Source of the DNA: a bacterium
Lineage (GTDB): Bacteria > Latescibacterota > Latescibacteria > Latescibacterales > Latescibacteraceae
NCBI GenBank assembly: GCA_021372535.1
Contig: JAJFUH010000107.1
Coordinates: forward strand, 5,768-69,767
DNA: 64,000 nt
Reading direction: 5' to 3'
A model generated the notes under the pieces. It saw nothing but the letters and a program-made list of their open reading frames with translations, ran no database searches and had not been told where the DNA came from. Made by a program: the position numbers and the translations under genes. Positions 1 through 10,311 of this stretch are shown here, piece after piece. The number at the start of each line of letters is the position of its first letter. Positions within the stretch are counted from its first letter, which is position 1.

Positions 1-1374
1 GATATCTGTACGGCCGTATTTGTATTTGAGCGCTTCTTCGAGCCCGATACCGAAAACGTACGCATACTCATCGGTGATTCTCGGGATGTCGACGAAAATA
101 AGATGACTGTCCGGTGGGGGATCGGGAGCGATGTCGAGAGTCTGACGAATGATGTTGTCGGCAATAAGTCCCGCTTTCTTCCATGCCTGTATCTGGACAT
201 CCGATCTCCATGCTCCCGCTGTACCCAGCATGAAAATCAGTGCAAGCACGGCTCTGTGCATGAGTGGTGTCCGGACGGCTGCCTGTATGAAAAGACCGGA
301 AAAAAGAGCAAGTCCCACGATCGGTATCAGAGCGTATCTCGCTTCGAGGTGCCTCATGACCTTTTCGAGTGGCATCCATGCATTCGGAGCCGTGGTAGCG
401 AGACCTGCGATAAAAATTGCCGCCGCGATGAAGAAGTACAGGCGGGATATCCGGTTTTTTTCATCGCCCGCGTCATTCCACATGATAACGATCGCAATCA
501 CCATGACCATCACGGATACCACTAAAGTCCATGAGATGACCGATCCGGGCATGCTGTTGAGAAAAGGGAACATGACCGCACAGAAGTAATAAACCGGAAT
601 CTTGAAACTCGGTCCGTACTTTGCGTACAGGTATCCTCCCATGCTGCCGAAAATGCAGTACCGGTATATGGCATATAAACCTGTCATGATTAACAACACA
701 AGGAGACCGGAGAAATAGCGGCCACGCTTTCTTACCCGGATAAGTCCTGCCACTCCTGCAAGCGCGCATGCGATGATAAAAACGATTCCCTGTTCCTTTG
801 AAAGAAGCCCGATCAGCATCATAAAAAGTGCGCCCGCAAGACCTTTACGGCCATAAAGCCCGGCATCCCACCGGAGCCATATCAGGAGTCCGTAAAGCCC
901 GAACGTCACACTCATCACATCAAACCGCGCCGCTATCCACGACACGGAACCCACGGCGAGCGGATGCAGCCCGTAAACTAAACATGCGGTAAACGCGGGA
1001 AGCCCCCCTGTCGCATCTTTCCCGGCGGCAACCGTCCCTGTTTTCATAAACCGGACGAGTGCCCAGATGAGATATACATTGATCACGTGAAAGGCAACGT
1101 TGGTCAGGTGTGGACCCCATGCGGTTCCGGACCAGAGCATATTGTCGAGCCAGAACGAGAACATGGGAACCGGTCGCAGCCAAAGGGATTGCCATTCCGG
1201 CGGAATTATCGATTTGAAAAGATATGCAAGCGTCTGGGCAAACGTATGAGGATAGACAAACACCCAGTCGTCCGCGACCGGAAGATTCCCGAACTCCGCG
1301 CTGTGAAGGAGTCCTGTGGCAATCATCGCTCCTGCCAGCGCGATTCTGTCTCGCTGTCGGGGGTTCAGTTTCAT
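1..1374 (-). CDS. Polytopic integral membrane protein. Its C-terminus runs off the window start. It is possibly a GT39/ArnT-like glycosyltransferase or a related polyprenyl-dependent membrane enzyme.
   Basis: I translated the reverse strand by hand. It gives a continuous ORF of more than 450 aa from the ATG at 1374..1372 (MKLNPRQRDRIALAGAMIATGLL...) down to position 1, with more than 10 hydrophobic helices. It is absent from the ORF track because it touches the window edge. The family assignment rests only on topology and size. Confidence 0.6.
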   Translation of the reverse strand, partial: MKLNPRQRDRIALAGAMIATGLLHSAEFGNLPVADDWVFVYPHTFAQTLAYLFKSIIPPEWQSLWLRPVPMFSFWLDNMLWSGTAWGPHLTNVAFHVINVYLIWALVRFMKTGTVAAGKDATGGLPAFTACLVYGLHPLAVGSVSWIAARFDVMSVTFGLYGLLIWLRWDAGLYGRKGLAGALFMMLIGLLSKEQGIVFIIACALAGVAGLIRVRKRGRYFSGLLVLLIMTGLYAIYRYCIFGSMGGYLYAKYGPSFKIPVYYFCAVMFPFLNSMPGSVISWTLVVSVMVMVIAIVIMWNDAGDEKNRISRLYFFIAAAIFIAGLATTAPNAWMPLEKVMRHLEARYALIPIVGLALFSGLFIQAAVRTPLMHRAVLALIFMLGTAGAWRSDVQIQAWKKAGLIADNIIRQTLDIAPDPPPDSHLIFVDIPRITDEYAYVFGIGLEEALKYKYGRTDI

Positions 1375-1422
1375 GATACTGATGATGTTGCTGCTGACGT
1401 TTTGAGGTGGTCGGTTCTCTTT

Positions 1423-2325
1423 TCACACATAGGTGAGCCATTTCTCGAATTCGGGAACTGATCCCCGGATGATCTCACGGTAGAGTGTACGAAGCCTGAT
1501 GGTGATCTTTCCCGCTTTTCCGCCGCCGATAATATTGTCATCAACCTGTATAATCGGAGTGATTTCTTTTCCCGAGCTGCAGAGAATGACCTCATCCGCT
1601 TTTTTCAGCCTGTCGGCATCGAATTTTTCCTGAATGATGGGAATATCGAGGTTTTCAGAGATTCTGAGTATAGTATCACGGGTAATACCAAGAAGAATGG
1701 TGTCTTCAGGAGCAGTGACAAGGGAGCCGTCCTCCACGATGAATATATTCGAGGTGGTCCCTTCCGCAACGAAACCCTCGCGGTCGAGCAGGAGGGCATC
1801 ATCGTAGCCGGCCTGCCTGGCCTCCGATTTTGCGATCATGGGATTGACATAATTACCCGAGACTTTTGCTTTAACCGGCATGCAGGAAGCATCTATTTTC
1901 CGTAAACGGCCGATAGTCACTTTCAGAGAGTCCGGAGGATCGTGGGCCTCGCCCAGACCGATTGCCACGGTCACGGAGGAATCACCGGGATACACATCCA
2001 TGACCGGATCGGCATAAAACGCCAGCGGTCTGATCGTGCAGGTTTTCTCTCCGCTGTGACGCACCGTATCGATCACCGCCTGCTGCAGTTCGCCGAGGCT
2101 GTAACCGAGCGGAATACCGATGATCCGGGCTGAATTTTCAAAGCGGTTCATATGTTCGACGAGCCTGAATATCGCTCCTCTGCCATTCACCGCCTCATTG
2201 CAGTCGATGCTTTCGAAGAGTACGGAGCCGCGCTGGAGACCATGACAGAAAGGATGCACACAGGCTCTGTCCCATTCGACAAACCTGCCATTCATCCAGA
2301 CATCGGGATTCTTTGTCTCATTCAT
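1423..2325 (-). CDS. ilvE: Branched-chain amino acid aminotransferase (PLP fold type IV)
   Basis: The 300-aa ORF has the typical IlvE length and conserved fold-type IV aminotransferase blocks (GxxxxL...NIFIVEDG...TAP...LLGITR). Confidence 0.85.
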   Translation of the reverse strand: MNETKNPDVWMNGRFVEWDRACVHPFCHGLQRGSVLFESIDCNEAVNGRGAIFRLVEHMNRFENSARIIGIPLGYSLGELQQAVIDTVRHSGEKTCTIRPLAFYADPVMDVYPGDSSVTVAIGLGEAHDPPDSLKVTIGRLRKIDASCMPVKAKVSGNYVNPMIAKSEARQAGYDDALLLDREGFVAEGTTSNIFIVEDGSLVTAPEDTILLGITRDTILRISENLDIPIIQEKFDADRLKKADEVILCSSGKEITPIIQVDDNIIGGGKAGKITIRLRTLYREIIRGSVPEFEKWLTYV

Positions 2326-2568
2326 GTCCTGTATATCCTGAAATAAGTTTACACCGTGTTAGCAGTTAAAGGTGCTGTATTTTTATAATACATGACAAAA
2401 TAGCATATTCTTTATTCGACCGCAAGTATCCACTCGCCCGGAAAGTGTTTTTTCGAGACCGGTTGCTTTATGACAGTACTTGTACCATATTACAAACAAT
2501 AATTAACCGAATGAGAGCCCATTTCTGTAATAATGGTGTTCGTGATGATTACCCTTGTCTGGTAACGG

Positions 2569-4137
2569 GTGTACGAAGTGCTGACCTATGCCGAGATTCA
2601 TTATCGACCGCGATTTGTTCCGAGCCTGATTTTCAGAAAATGGCCGGAGATACTGTGCGATGCACCGGCCCGTATCGACCGTGGCCGCCCTGTTCCGGTA
2701 TTCATCATTATCAGGGATGCCCACAAATACCCTGTCCGTATCGAAATGGTGACCGTCCATCTGGTTTATGAGAGCGGTATGGAACGTGTCGCCCAATTCC
2801 CCTATGGCGGTATCACGGTCAATGAACAGATATGGTGGGACTCTATTAACATCATGCCCGAATACCAGGGGAATGTCAGTATTTCCGTAACTGTTCATGC
2901 CGTACGGGGTAAAAGCCATTCCTATGTGAATGTCGATAATTACAGCGGCACCACACACAGCCCGCTGACCGTGTATGTATCGCCGTATCCGCTGCCGGGC
3001 GATACCGGCTGGTTTCATGGCGATATTCACTGTCACACCTTTTATACCGCCGATCAGGTGGAATTCGGGGCGCCGCTCGAAGTGATGGCATTCGCCGCAT
3101 ACTGCATGGGACTTCACTGGTTGGCCGCAACCGACCATTCATATGATCTCGATGACCGGTATGATGATTATGCAACCGAAGACCCCGATTTGATTAAATG
3201 GCAGTTGATGAAAAAGCAGACACAGCTTCTTTCGCCCACCTTGACGGTGATTCCCGGCGAGGAAGTCACCTGCCGGACATATGCGGGGCTGAACTGCCAT
3301 ATGCTGGCGCTTGTTTCCGAGCGGTTCATCCGGGGATCGGGTGACAGTGGGGAACGCGGGCTCCATAATGAGACGGAACTGGCGGTTTCGGAAGCTGTCC
3401 GGGAGTGCAGCGAATGGAACGGGATCGCATGCGCCGCCCATCCCCTGGAACATAACTCTCTCCTCGAGCGTCTTATACTCTCGCGGGGTGTGTGGACACA
3501 GTCCGATCTTGAACTGCCCGGTCTGACAGCGCTCCAGATTCATAACGGTATCCGTGACAAGGGTTTTTATGAGGGCATGAAAGCTTGGATCAGGCTTCTG
3601 CTCATGGGCAGGAAAGTGTATGCCTTCGGCGGAAGCGATGCCCATGGCGATATGAACCGGCGGCGCCGTACGACTCTGCCTCTTTGTGCGGTCGGTGAGG
3701 ACGGCTTTCATACTTTTGGTGCGGTGCGAACCGTTCTGTATGCCCCCTCGAGCCAGCAGGATCATATTATCGAAGCCCTCCGTAACGGCAGGGCACAGGT
3801 TACCGAGGGTCCCTTTATCCATCTTACCGTTTCATCCGGCGGTACCGTTGCCGGTATCGGCGATTGTTTTTCCGGGTCGGAGGGAATGATACAGGCAGTT
3901 TTCAGGTCTTCTCCCGAATTCGGGTATTTGAAATCGGGATGTCTGATGGCAGGAACTGTTGGCGAATCCTGCGAACGAATACTGGCTCTTCCCGATTTAT
4001 CCTCACCGGGACTCGATGCCCGGATTGAAAAAAATGAGAGTTTAAAGGGATTCAGGTATATCCGAGCCGAGTGTGAGACAGTATCGGGGAAATACTGCTT
4101 TACCAATCCTGTGTGGATAGAAAATAGCTCAGGATAA
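2569..4137 (+). CDS. PHP-domain (polymerase/histidinol-phosphatase family) metal-dependent phosphoesterase
   Basis: It starts with GTG. The motif GDIHCHTFYT is followed by further His/Asp clusters (AATDHSYD, AHPLEH, GGSDAHG), as in the PHP family. It is transcribed divergently from ilvE. Confidence 0.6.
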   Translation: MYEVLTYAEIHYRPRFVPSLIFRKWPEILCDAPARIDRGRPVPVFIIIRDAHKYPVRIEMVTVHLVYESGMERVAQFPYGGITVNEQIWWDSINIMPEYQGNVSISVTVHAVRGKSHSYVNVDNYSGTTHSPLTVYVSPYPLPGDTGWFHGDIHCHTFYTADQVEFGAPLEVMAFAAYCMGLHWLAATDHSYDLDDRYDDYATEDPDLIKWQLMKKQTQLLSPTLTVIPGEEVTCRTYAGLNCHMLALVSERFIRGSGDSGERGLHNETELAVSEAVRECSEWNGIACAAHPLEHNSLLERLILSRGVWTQSDLELPGLTALQIHNGIRDKGFYEGMKAWIRLLLMGRKVYAFGGSDAHGDMNRRRRTTLPLCAVGEDGFHTFGAVRTVLYAPSSQQDHIIEALRNGRAQVTEGPFIHLTVSSGGTVAGIGDCFSGSEGMIQAVFRSSPEFGYLKSGCLMAGTVGESCERILALPDLSSPGLDARIEKNESLKGFRYIRAECETVSGKYCFTNPVWIENSSG

Positions 4138-4482
4138 CCGCCGGTATCGTGGTGTACTTTTTTTTGCTATCAATTCCGATAAAAAAATATTATAATTGTA
4201 GATTCGATAATTATTTTCGGGATTTATCACGACCTGTTCATAAAACTTTAATGAAACGCGGATTTCCAAGGGTCTGACGGATTTCCGCGGATATATTTTT
4301 GTGTCTTTGTGGTTTTCTCATGAATAATCCTCATGACCATACATGAACATAACAAAGGATGAAAAAGTATTTACAGATAAATCCGGGTAACAACATTATT
4401 ATCGGCATTGCCATGTCAGTGAATATCGTGATGAGTTTACGATAACAGGTGATGTCTTGGTTTTTTCCGGTCGGGAGGTATT

Positions 4483-6327
4483 ATGGGTTTTTCAGCCGGA
4501 ATAAAGGGGAGGAAACGAGTGACTGCTCAAAAAAGTCTGTTATGCTGGGTAATTGTACTTCTGGGAATGTTTATGCTTTCGTGTTCGGAGGTTAAACCAC
4601 CGGTGAAAATTACCCAGTATACCGATCCGTCCAATATTGCAGGGCTTGCCGTTGATGGTAATATGGTTTATTGCGCTACTAAAGGCGGTCTTGTCAAATG
4701 GGATAAATCCGCGGGTGAATATACCCTTTTAACAACCGCCGATGGTCTGCCATCCAATATTCTTTCCGATGTGATAATCGACAAAGGGAAGAAGCTGTGG
4801 GTCAGCTCTATCCAGGGAGTTGGTGTATTTGACGGAAAAACATGGAAATGCTATGGAACATCGGAAGGACTTCCTTCCGGCGAAGTCAATGCCTTGAGCC
4901 TCGATAATAAAGGCGGAATATGGGCAGCAACGACAAAAGGCATGGCGAGCTTTGAGCGGGGACGTTTCAGGGTCTTCAAAGACAATGAAGGCCCTGTGGG
5001 GCTCGATATCCAGTGTATTTTCTTCGATAAAGGCGGCAACATCTGGGTCGGCACCGCTGAAAAAGGTGTATACACGAAAACCGACAAGGGCTGGCGCAGA
5101 ACCGGCTCGAAAAATGGCCTCACAACCGATGCGGCAAGCACCATCGCTCAGTCATGGGACAACAGTATCTGGGCTGCATCATGGGCCGGGATGTGTCGGT
5201 GGGACGGTTTTGGCTGGCAGGGCTTCAAGCCCATGTTGTGGCTCGGCACGTTCAAAGCCCGTAAACTTCAGGGTACACAGGAACGTTTATGGTATTTTAC
5301 GGCCAATGGGATTCATGCGGCCAAAGGAAGTGAGTGGCTGCATTATAACGAGGCGGACGGCCTGATTTCCAATGATGTTCTGAGCGGGATTGCGGTAACG
5401 GATGATCTGGTTTATGCCGGTACTTCATATGGCATGAGTGTCATCGAGAATTCTGCCATCGAAAATTATGTAATCCCGAATACCCCGTTCGGATATAACT
5501 GTATTTCTGTTACGGCCGATGACAAAGGTAGAATCTGGCTCGGAACATGGGAAACCGGTCTGAATGTCTATAATTCCGGTTCCTGGAGTCAGATAATGGG
5601 TGATAAACCCGAAACGCTGGCATCTGTACGGAGTATTATATTCGGCCCGGATGGCTCCATGGTGTTCAATACGACAAACGGCGTGGTTTTCAAGGATAAA
5701 CAGGGATGGAACATCCAGACCCGCAACGAGGGTCTGGCGGGTGATGATATACGGTGCGGGATTTATGATTCCGAGGGCAGATACTGGTGTGGAACATCGA
5801 CCGGCATAAGCTGTTTATCGCATGGAAACTGGGATCGGTATCGTGCCATTCACGGTCTGCCGTCCGAGGATATCTGGTCGTGCGCTCTAGATACGGAGGG
5901 TACGATCTGGTTCGGCACCACTGCCGGCATTGTCTCGCTCAAGGATAATGTGATAACCGACAGAACCCCGGAGATCGGTATGGATAGGCCTGATGTACGG
6001 TCGATTGCGGTGATAGGGGACACGGTTTATTTCGGTACGGAGAGCGGGAAAATCGTTACATACTCTAAGGGAATATGGGATGTGTACGGTAACAGGTTTT
6101 TGAATACCGATAAGGGCATTTACTCCATTGCTTCGGATCCTTCCGGCAGGTTATGGCTCGGTACCAACGGTGATGGTGTCATACGCATCGAAAACGATAA
6201 GGCATACAAATACACTCGTGAAGATGGCCTGCCGTCCAATTATGTCCGGTCGGTGATCTTTTCGGACGGCATTCTCTGGACAGCATGTCTCGGTGGAGCC
6301 GGAACAATCGAGCCGGTTGCACATTGA
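4483..6327 (+). CDS. Lipoprotein with two-component-regulator propeller (Reg_prop) beta-propeller repeats. It has no kinase or output domain.
   Basis: The signal peptide ends in the lipobox-like LSCS. Repeated G..W.GT..G.. modules are typical of Reg_prop/Y_Y_Y propellers. The true start may be an internal Met (MFMLSC...). Confidence 0.65.
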   Translation: MGFSAGIKGRKRVTAQKSLLCWVIVLLGMFMLSCSEVKPPVKITQYTDPSNIAGLAVDGNMVYCATKGGLVKWDKSAGEYTLLTTADGLPSNILSDVIIDKGKKLWVSSIQGVGVFDGKTWKCYGTSEGLPSGEVNALSLDNKGGIWAATTKGMASFERGRFRVFKDNEGPVGLDIQCIFFDKGGNIWVGTAEKGVYTKTDKGWRRTGSKNGLTTDAASTIAQSWDNSIWAASWAGMCRWDGFGWQGFKPMLWLGTFKARKLQGTQERLWYFTANGIHAAKGSEWLHYNEADGLISNDVLSGIAVTDDLVYAGTSYGMSVIENSAIENYVIPNTPFGYNCISVTADDKGRIWLGTWETGLNVYNSGSWSQIMGDKPETLASVRSIIFGPDGSMVFNTTNGVVFKDKQGWNIQTRNEGLAGDDIRCGIYDSEGRYWCGTSTGISCLSHGNWDRYRAIHGLPSEDIWSCALDTEGTIWFGTTAGIVSLKDNVITDRTPEIGMDRPDVRSIAVIGDTVYFGTESGKIVTYSKGIWDVYGNRFLNTDKGIYSIASDPSGRLWLGTNGDGVIRIENDKAYKYTREDGLPSNYVRSVIFSDGILWTACLGGAGTIEPVAH

Positions 6328-6367
6328 TGAAAAAACAGAAATTTACCGGGAGTACTGATAGAAATAC

Positions 6368-6397
6368 TTGACTTCGGTAAGATGATTTAATTATTTT
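6368..6397 (+). promoter_or_regulatory. Candidate sigma70-like promoter for tRNA-Gln (TTGACT-18-TATTTT)
   Basis: A -35/-10-like pair lies about 20 nt upstream of the tRNA 5' end. This rests on pattern only. Confidence 0.3.
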
Positions 6398-6419
6398 ACC
6401 CGCGATTAAAATTGAAGGT

Positions 6420-6493
6420 TGCCCCGTCGTCCAATGGCAAGACAGCTGACTCTGGATCAGCCTATCGAGGTTCAAATCCTTGCGGGGCAGCCA
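6420..6493 (+). tRNA. tRNA-Gln (anticodon CUG)
   Basis: I folded it by hand. The acceptor stem is TGCCCCG/CGGGGCA, with the U1:A72 pair typical of bacterial tRNA-Gln. The anticodon stem is GCTGA/TCAGC with loop CTCTGGA, giving anticodon CUG. The T-arm is GAGGTTCAAATCCTT (GAGG/CCTT). G73 and CCA are encoded. Confidence 0.85.
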
Positions 6494-6514
6494 TAATAAA
6501 ACGAGTATTACCAG

Positions 6515-6551
6515 CCACTTACAGGATATTATGTGAGTGGTTTTTTGTTTT
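6515..6551 (+). terminator. Rho-independent terminator downstream of tRNA-Gln
   Basis: The hairpin CCACTTACA...TGTGAGTGG is followed by TTTTTTGTTTTT. Confidence 0.6.
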
Positions 6552-6937
6552 TATATGCGTCTGGTACTACTTATAATACTACTCGGAAATAGGGGTATTT
6601 GTCAATTCTGAAGCTCGTTACATAGGTTACCCAGGATGATCGTTTACGGAAAGGACGTCAACGGACGTTCGTGTGACGTTTGACTGATATATCGATGGTT
6701 CACTTTGACCTTTTTTCACAATAATTTATTATTAATGAATTTATCTAAAATATCAAATGCCAACTTACTACACAAAATACCTATAATAAAGAAAAACTGA
6801 ATTTATTTCAACATAATCCGCAGGATATCGATTTTGTGATGAAACAATGCAAAAACTTTAAGTAATAAGCGAATAAGATGGGATTTTATAACATTGAAGA
6901 AATGACTATAAGGTATTGATTCTATAAGCTGTTTATC

Positions 6938-7010
6938 AATTGATCAATTTTGAGCAGATTTTCCTTGACTTTTAGCAATCAAGAAAGTAATATACACTCA
7001 ATTGATCAAA
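6938..7010 (+). promoter_or_regulatory. Candidate autoregulated promoter/operator of the BlaI-like repressor
   Basis: Palindromic AATTGATCAATT (6938–6949) and AATTGATCAA (7000–7009) boxes flank a TTGACT-17-TAATAT promoter (6965–6993). A TGATCA half-site lies at 7013–7018. Confidence 0.4.
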
Positions 7011-7039
7011 TATGATCAGTTCATTCGGAGAAAATAATT

Positions 7040-7435
7040 ATGAATAATAAAAACTTTCAACATTTTACAAAAGTAGAAATGGAATTCATGCAGATACTGT
7101 GGGATCACGGCGAACAATCACCTGAGGATATCAGGAGAATCTTAAAAGAGAATGGACGTGTACTGACTAACGGAGGAACAAGGAGAATTCTTTCAATTCT
7201 TTGCCGTAAAGGCCACATAACCCGAAGGAAAGAAGGAAGAAGTTACGTTTATAATCCAAACGTAAAGAAACAACAGGCATTCAAAGATATTCTTATTGAT
7301 CTCAGAAAACGGGTATTTGGTGATTCCGGTATAATAATGATTGCTGCGTTTCTTGACAGTTTCCATGCAAGTGATGATGAATTCAAAGAAATAAAACGTC
7401 TACTTGAGAATTATAAGAAGGATCGGGACAAGTGA
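7040..7435 (+). CDS. BlaI/MecI/CopY-family winged-helix transcriptional repressor
   Basis: The 131-aa protein has the penicillinase-repressor architecture. Its stop overlaps the start of a downstream M56-peptidase sensor, which is the canonical blaI–blaR1 pairing. The gene order is reversed relative to staphylococcal bla. Confidence 0.75.
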   Translation: MNNKNFQHFTKVEMEFMQILWDHGEQSPEDIRRILKENGRVLTNGGTRRILSILCRKGHITRRKEGRSYVYNPNVKKQQAFKDILIDLRKRVFGDSGIIMIAAFLDSFHASDDEFKEIKRLLENYKKDRDK

Positions 7436-10311
7436 CTTTATTTGAGATAGTGAATACTTTTAACAGGCTTGGTTTTTTAATATTCCGATATCTGGTGTCG
7501 TTTTTTTGGCAGTCTACTCTGTTTTTTGGAGCCGTACTTCTTGTTTTTATATTGTTTCGGAGGTTAAGCTCTTCAATAAAGCAGAGAATACTGTTTGTAT
7601 CTCTGTGCGCGATACCCCTTATTCCTTTAGTTTCGAAAACCGTCATAGATATAGGGGTGCCATATATAAGAATACCCGTGATACCCACATATTTTCCCCA
7701 GTCTGTGGTTTTTGACCGGATTATTCAGCCAACAGTAACTGAAAACCCTCTTGTTATCGGCGAATCAACCCGCCAGATCAATCCTGTTTACAAAAATACC
7801 ACTCTATCGAAATCAAACAGCCTCACATATGGCAGAATTATACTGTCTCACCCATGGATGTTCGTACTGTTAATATATATGGCAGTTCTGATATTGTTTC
7901 TTAAAAGAATAACGGCCAAATGGGTGGCTTTAAGGGCCTTGGCAGATTCCAGTACATATGATCTTGATCCGGAAACCAATCATATAGTACAGGAGGCATC
8001 TTCAAAAATAAAATGCAACCAGTCTTTCAGGGTTGTTGAGAACGAAGACATCGTATCTCCCATGGTTTTTGGCATTATAAAACCTGTTATCGTTATACCA
8101 AAAAGTGAAAAGTGGAATTTCTCAAGGTCTGATATGTATTTGATGTTTCTCCATGAGATTACTCATATAAAGAGAAAGGATCAACTTGTTTTCCTGATTG
8201 TCTCGATAATCAGAGCATTCTTCTTTTTCCATCCAGTCATCTGGATTGTTGCATGGCAACTTTTATTGTTGGCAGAGAAGTCTTGCGATGATTCGGTTCT
8301 CGATATACAGGAAAACCCCATCTCATACGCGTCGTTGTTGATTAAAATCATGGAAAATGCCAGAAATCAATCATTTAGTTTAAATGTCGCAGCAAATCTT
8401 GGTTTCCCGAAAAGTATGTTTTATAAAAGGATTATTTCTCTGCTCCTTGAGCACAAACACCATCAAAGAAAATATTCAATATTTGCAATAACTGCCTTTT
8501 TCGCCCTGCTGATCTCATCATATATCGTCACTGCCGCAATCCCACTGTCAGAATCGTTAAAAACATTGATCAACTCTAACAATTTAATGTCGAGATTTCT
8601 GATTTCGGAAAACATTGGTGTGAGAAATCAAATCCAGTATAATGCAACGGCTTATGCTGTCCCCCTTTATGGAATAACAATTGACGGTCGACTTGAAGAT
8701 TGGCCCCCAAACATGACACGGTATCCGATTCTGAATTATGGCAAAACATATGGCCCTACTGATATTGATTACGAAGATTTGAGTAAAAGCAGTGACCTGA
8801 GCCCACATTTCATGGTTGGCTACAATCCCGATAAAAACCTGCTCTACCTGGCTGTCATCGTTCGAGACGATATCATGTTTTCATTCAGTGAACATGCCAC
8901 CCTTTCGTTATTCGACTATCCCGATGCATGTGAAATCTATCTTTCGGGTAAGAAAAAGAACTCGATAATATCCATGAATGAAACCTTGACTGCAAATGAA
9001 TTGCCTGTTTTACAGTATGTAATGACCGCTTCAGGAATAATCTATAATAAAAATGTACCGAATACCGACATATCGAGGAACCCGATTCTTGTTATGGGTG
9101 ATATTACAAAGACAAAAACGCACGCGGTCAGCTCCAGGACTGGCGATGTCACCGTATATGAGTGGGAACTGGAGGTCTTTGATAAATACCCGGATAACAA
9201 AACACAGCTTATACCGGGTAAAACCATCGGCTTCGATGTTGCCGTTGTCGACAGGGATCATGAAGATGAATTCTCGGCATGGGGATGTTGGGGACCCTCC
9301 GGATATTTGAAAGTTGCAAATACATATCTGATAGGAGATATAGTCCTTTTAAGAGACAACAACAATTTTGGTTCTGTCACCGGCACCGTGGTCAATTCTC
9401 AAACCGGTCAGGGGATTTTCAAACAGATTATCGATGTTTACCGGCAGGGGAAACCAATTACCTGGACCATGAGTGATTCTGATGGAAAGTTTGGGATGCA
9501 GTTACCGGAAGGTCAATATGTCTTGAAACCACGCTATCATGATAAAGGGCATGAAATTGCCTTAACGGTAAAATCCGGCGAGTCGACGACAACGGACGTC
9601 ATGCTGGATATTACGAAAATTCCCGAAAAACTGCTGGAAACCATTAAACTGTATTCAAATCTATCCAGTTATTCCGATGTCACAGAAGTTAACGCTGTTA
9701 TGGGAATCCAGAATACAAAGATTGAATTCGCATTTAAAAATCCAAATTTTATGTATCAGAGTTATACAAGGATTGAAAACGGAGATAAATGTATAATATC
9801 ATGTGATGGAAGTAAAATGAGGGTAAATCGCGAGAATTCAGAAGAGTTCCTGGAAAAGAAAGCTCCCGGCGAACTCAGCGTATTTACAATCAGCTCGCTG
9901 ACAAACCAGCCTAGTGGCGGTTTTGTGCACCAGCTGATGCTATGCAGGGAACCGCTCAAACAACTGAATGAAGATCTCATCAGTGTTCGGTACCTCAGTT
10001 CCGACAGAATCGATGGTGTTGAATCTGACATTTTTGAGATAAACATGCGGGCGGGGACATTCACTACCTCGACTCGCTGGACACCGGATTATACAATCGT
10101 GTACCGTCTCTGGATAGGGAAACGGGATAAGGTAATCCGCAAAGTTGTGACAGAAATGGAGGAACGGCTGGATATTGCAAAAGCATCGGAAGATAATATG
10201 GTAACGAAAGTGAGACACTACTCCGTAACACATCGTCACCGCAAAATCAAACTCAATCCGAAGCTTATGGATACGTTATTCAAAGATAATCACAACCGTG
10301 TGGCAATATAG
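7432..10311 (+). CDS. BlaR1-like M56 peptidase signal transducer with a large C-terminal extracytoplasmic sensor region (CBM9/DOMON-like, carboxypeptidase-regulatory-like and LolA-like modules)
   Basis: N-terminal TM helices are followed by the HExxH motif FLHEITHIKRKD, typical of M56 BlaR1. A further ~650 aa follow. The DDSVEI/EFSAWG-type motifs resemble CBM9-like sugar-binding domains. There is no penicillin-binding domain. Confidence 0.7.
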   Translation: MTLFEIVNTFNRLGFLIFRYLVSFFWQSTLFFGAVLLVFILFRRLSSSIKQRILFVSLCAIPLIPLVSKTVIDIGVPYIRIPVIPTYFPQSVVFDRIIQPTVTENPLVIGESTRQINPVYKNTTLSKSNSLTYGRIILSHPWMFVLLIYMAVLILFLKRITAKWVALRALADSSTYDLDPETNHIVQEASSKIKCNQSFRVVENEDIVSPMVFGIIKPVIVIPKSEKWNFSRSDMYLMFLHEITHIKRKDQLVFLIVSIIRAFFFFHPVIWIVAWQLLLLAEKSCDDSVLDIQENPISYASLLIKIMENARNQSFSLNVAANLGFPKSMFYKRIISLLLEHKHHQRKYSIFAITAFFALLISSYIVTAAIPLSESLKTLINSNNLMSRFLISENIGVRNQIQYNATAYAVPLYGITIDGRLEDWPPNMTRYPILNYGKTYGPTDIDYEDLSKSSDLSPHFMVGYNPDKNLLYLAVIVRDDIMFSFSEHATLSLFDYPDACEIYLSGKKKNSIISMNETLTANELPVLQYVMTASGIIYNKNVPNTDISRNPILVMGDITKTKTHAVSSRTGDVTVYEWELEVFDKYPDNKTQLIPGKTIGFDVAVVDRDHEDEFSAWGCWGPSGYLKVANTYLIGDIVLLRDNNNFGSVTGTVVNSQTGQGIFKQIIDVYRQGKPITWTMSDSDGKFGMQLPEGQYVLKPRYHDKGHEIALTVKSGESTTTDVMLDITKIPEKLLETIKLYSNLSSYSDVTEVNAVMGIQNTKIEFAFKNPNFMYQSYTRIENGDKCIISCDGSKMRVNRENSEEFLEKKAPGELSVFTISSLTNQPSGGFVHQLMLCREPLKQLNEDLISVRYLSSDRIDGVESDIFEINMRAGTFTTSTRWTPDYTIVYRLWIGKRDKVIRKVVTEMEERLDIAKASEDNMVTKVRHYSVTHRHRKIKLNPKLMDTLFKDNHNRVAI

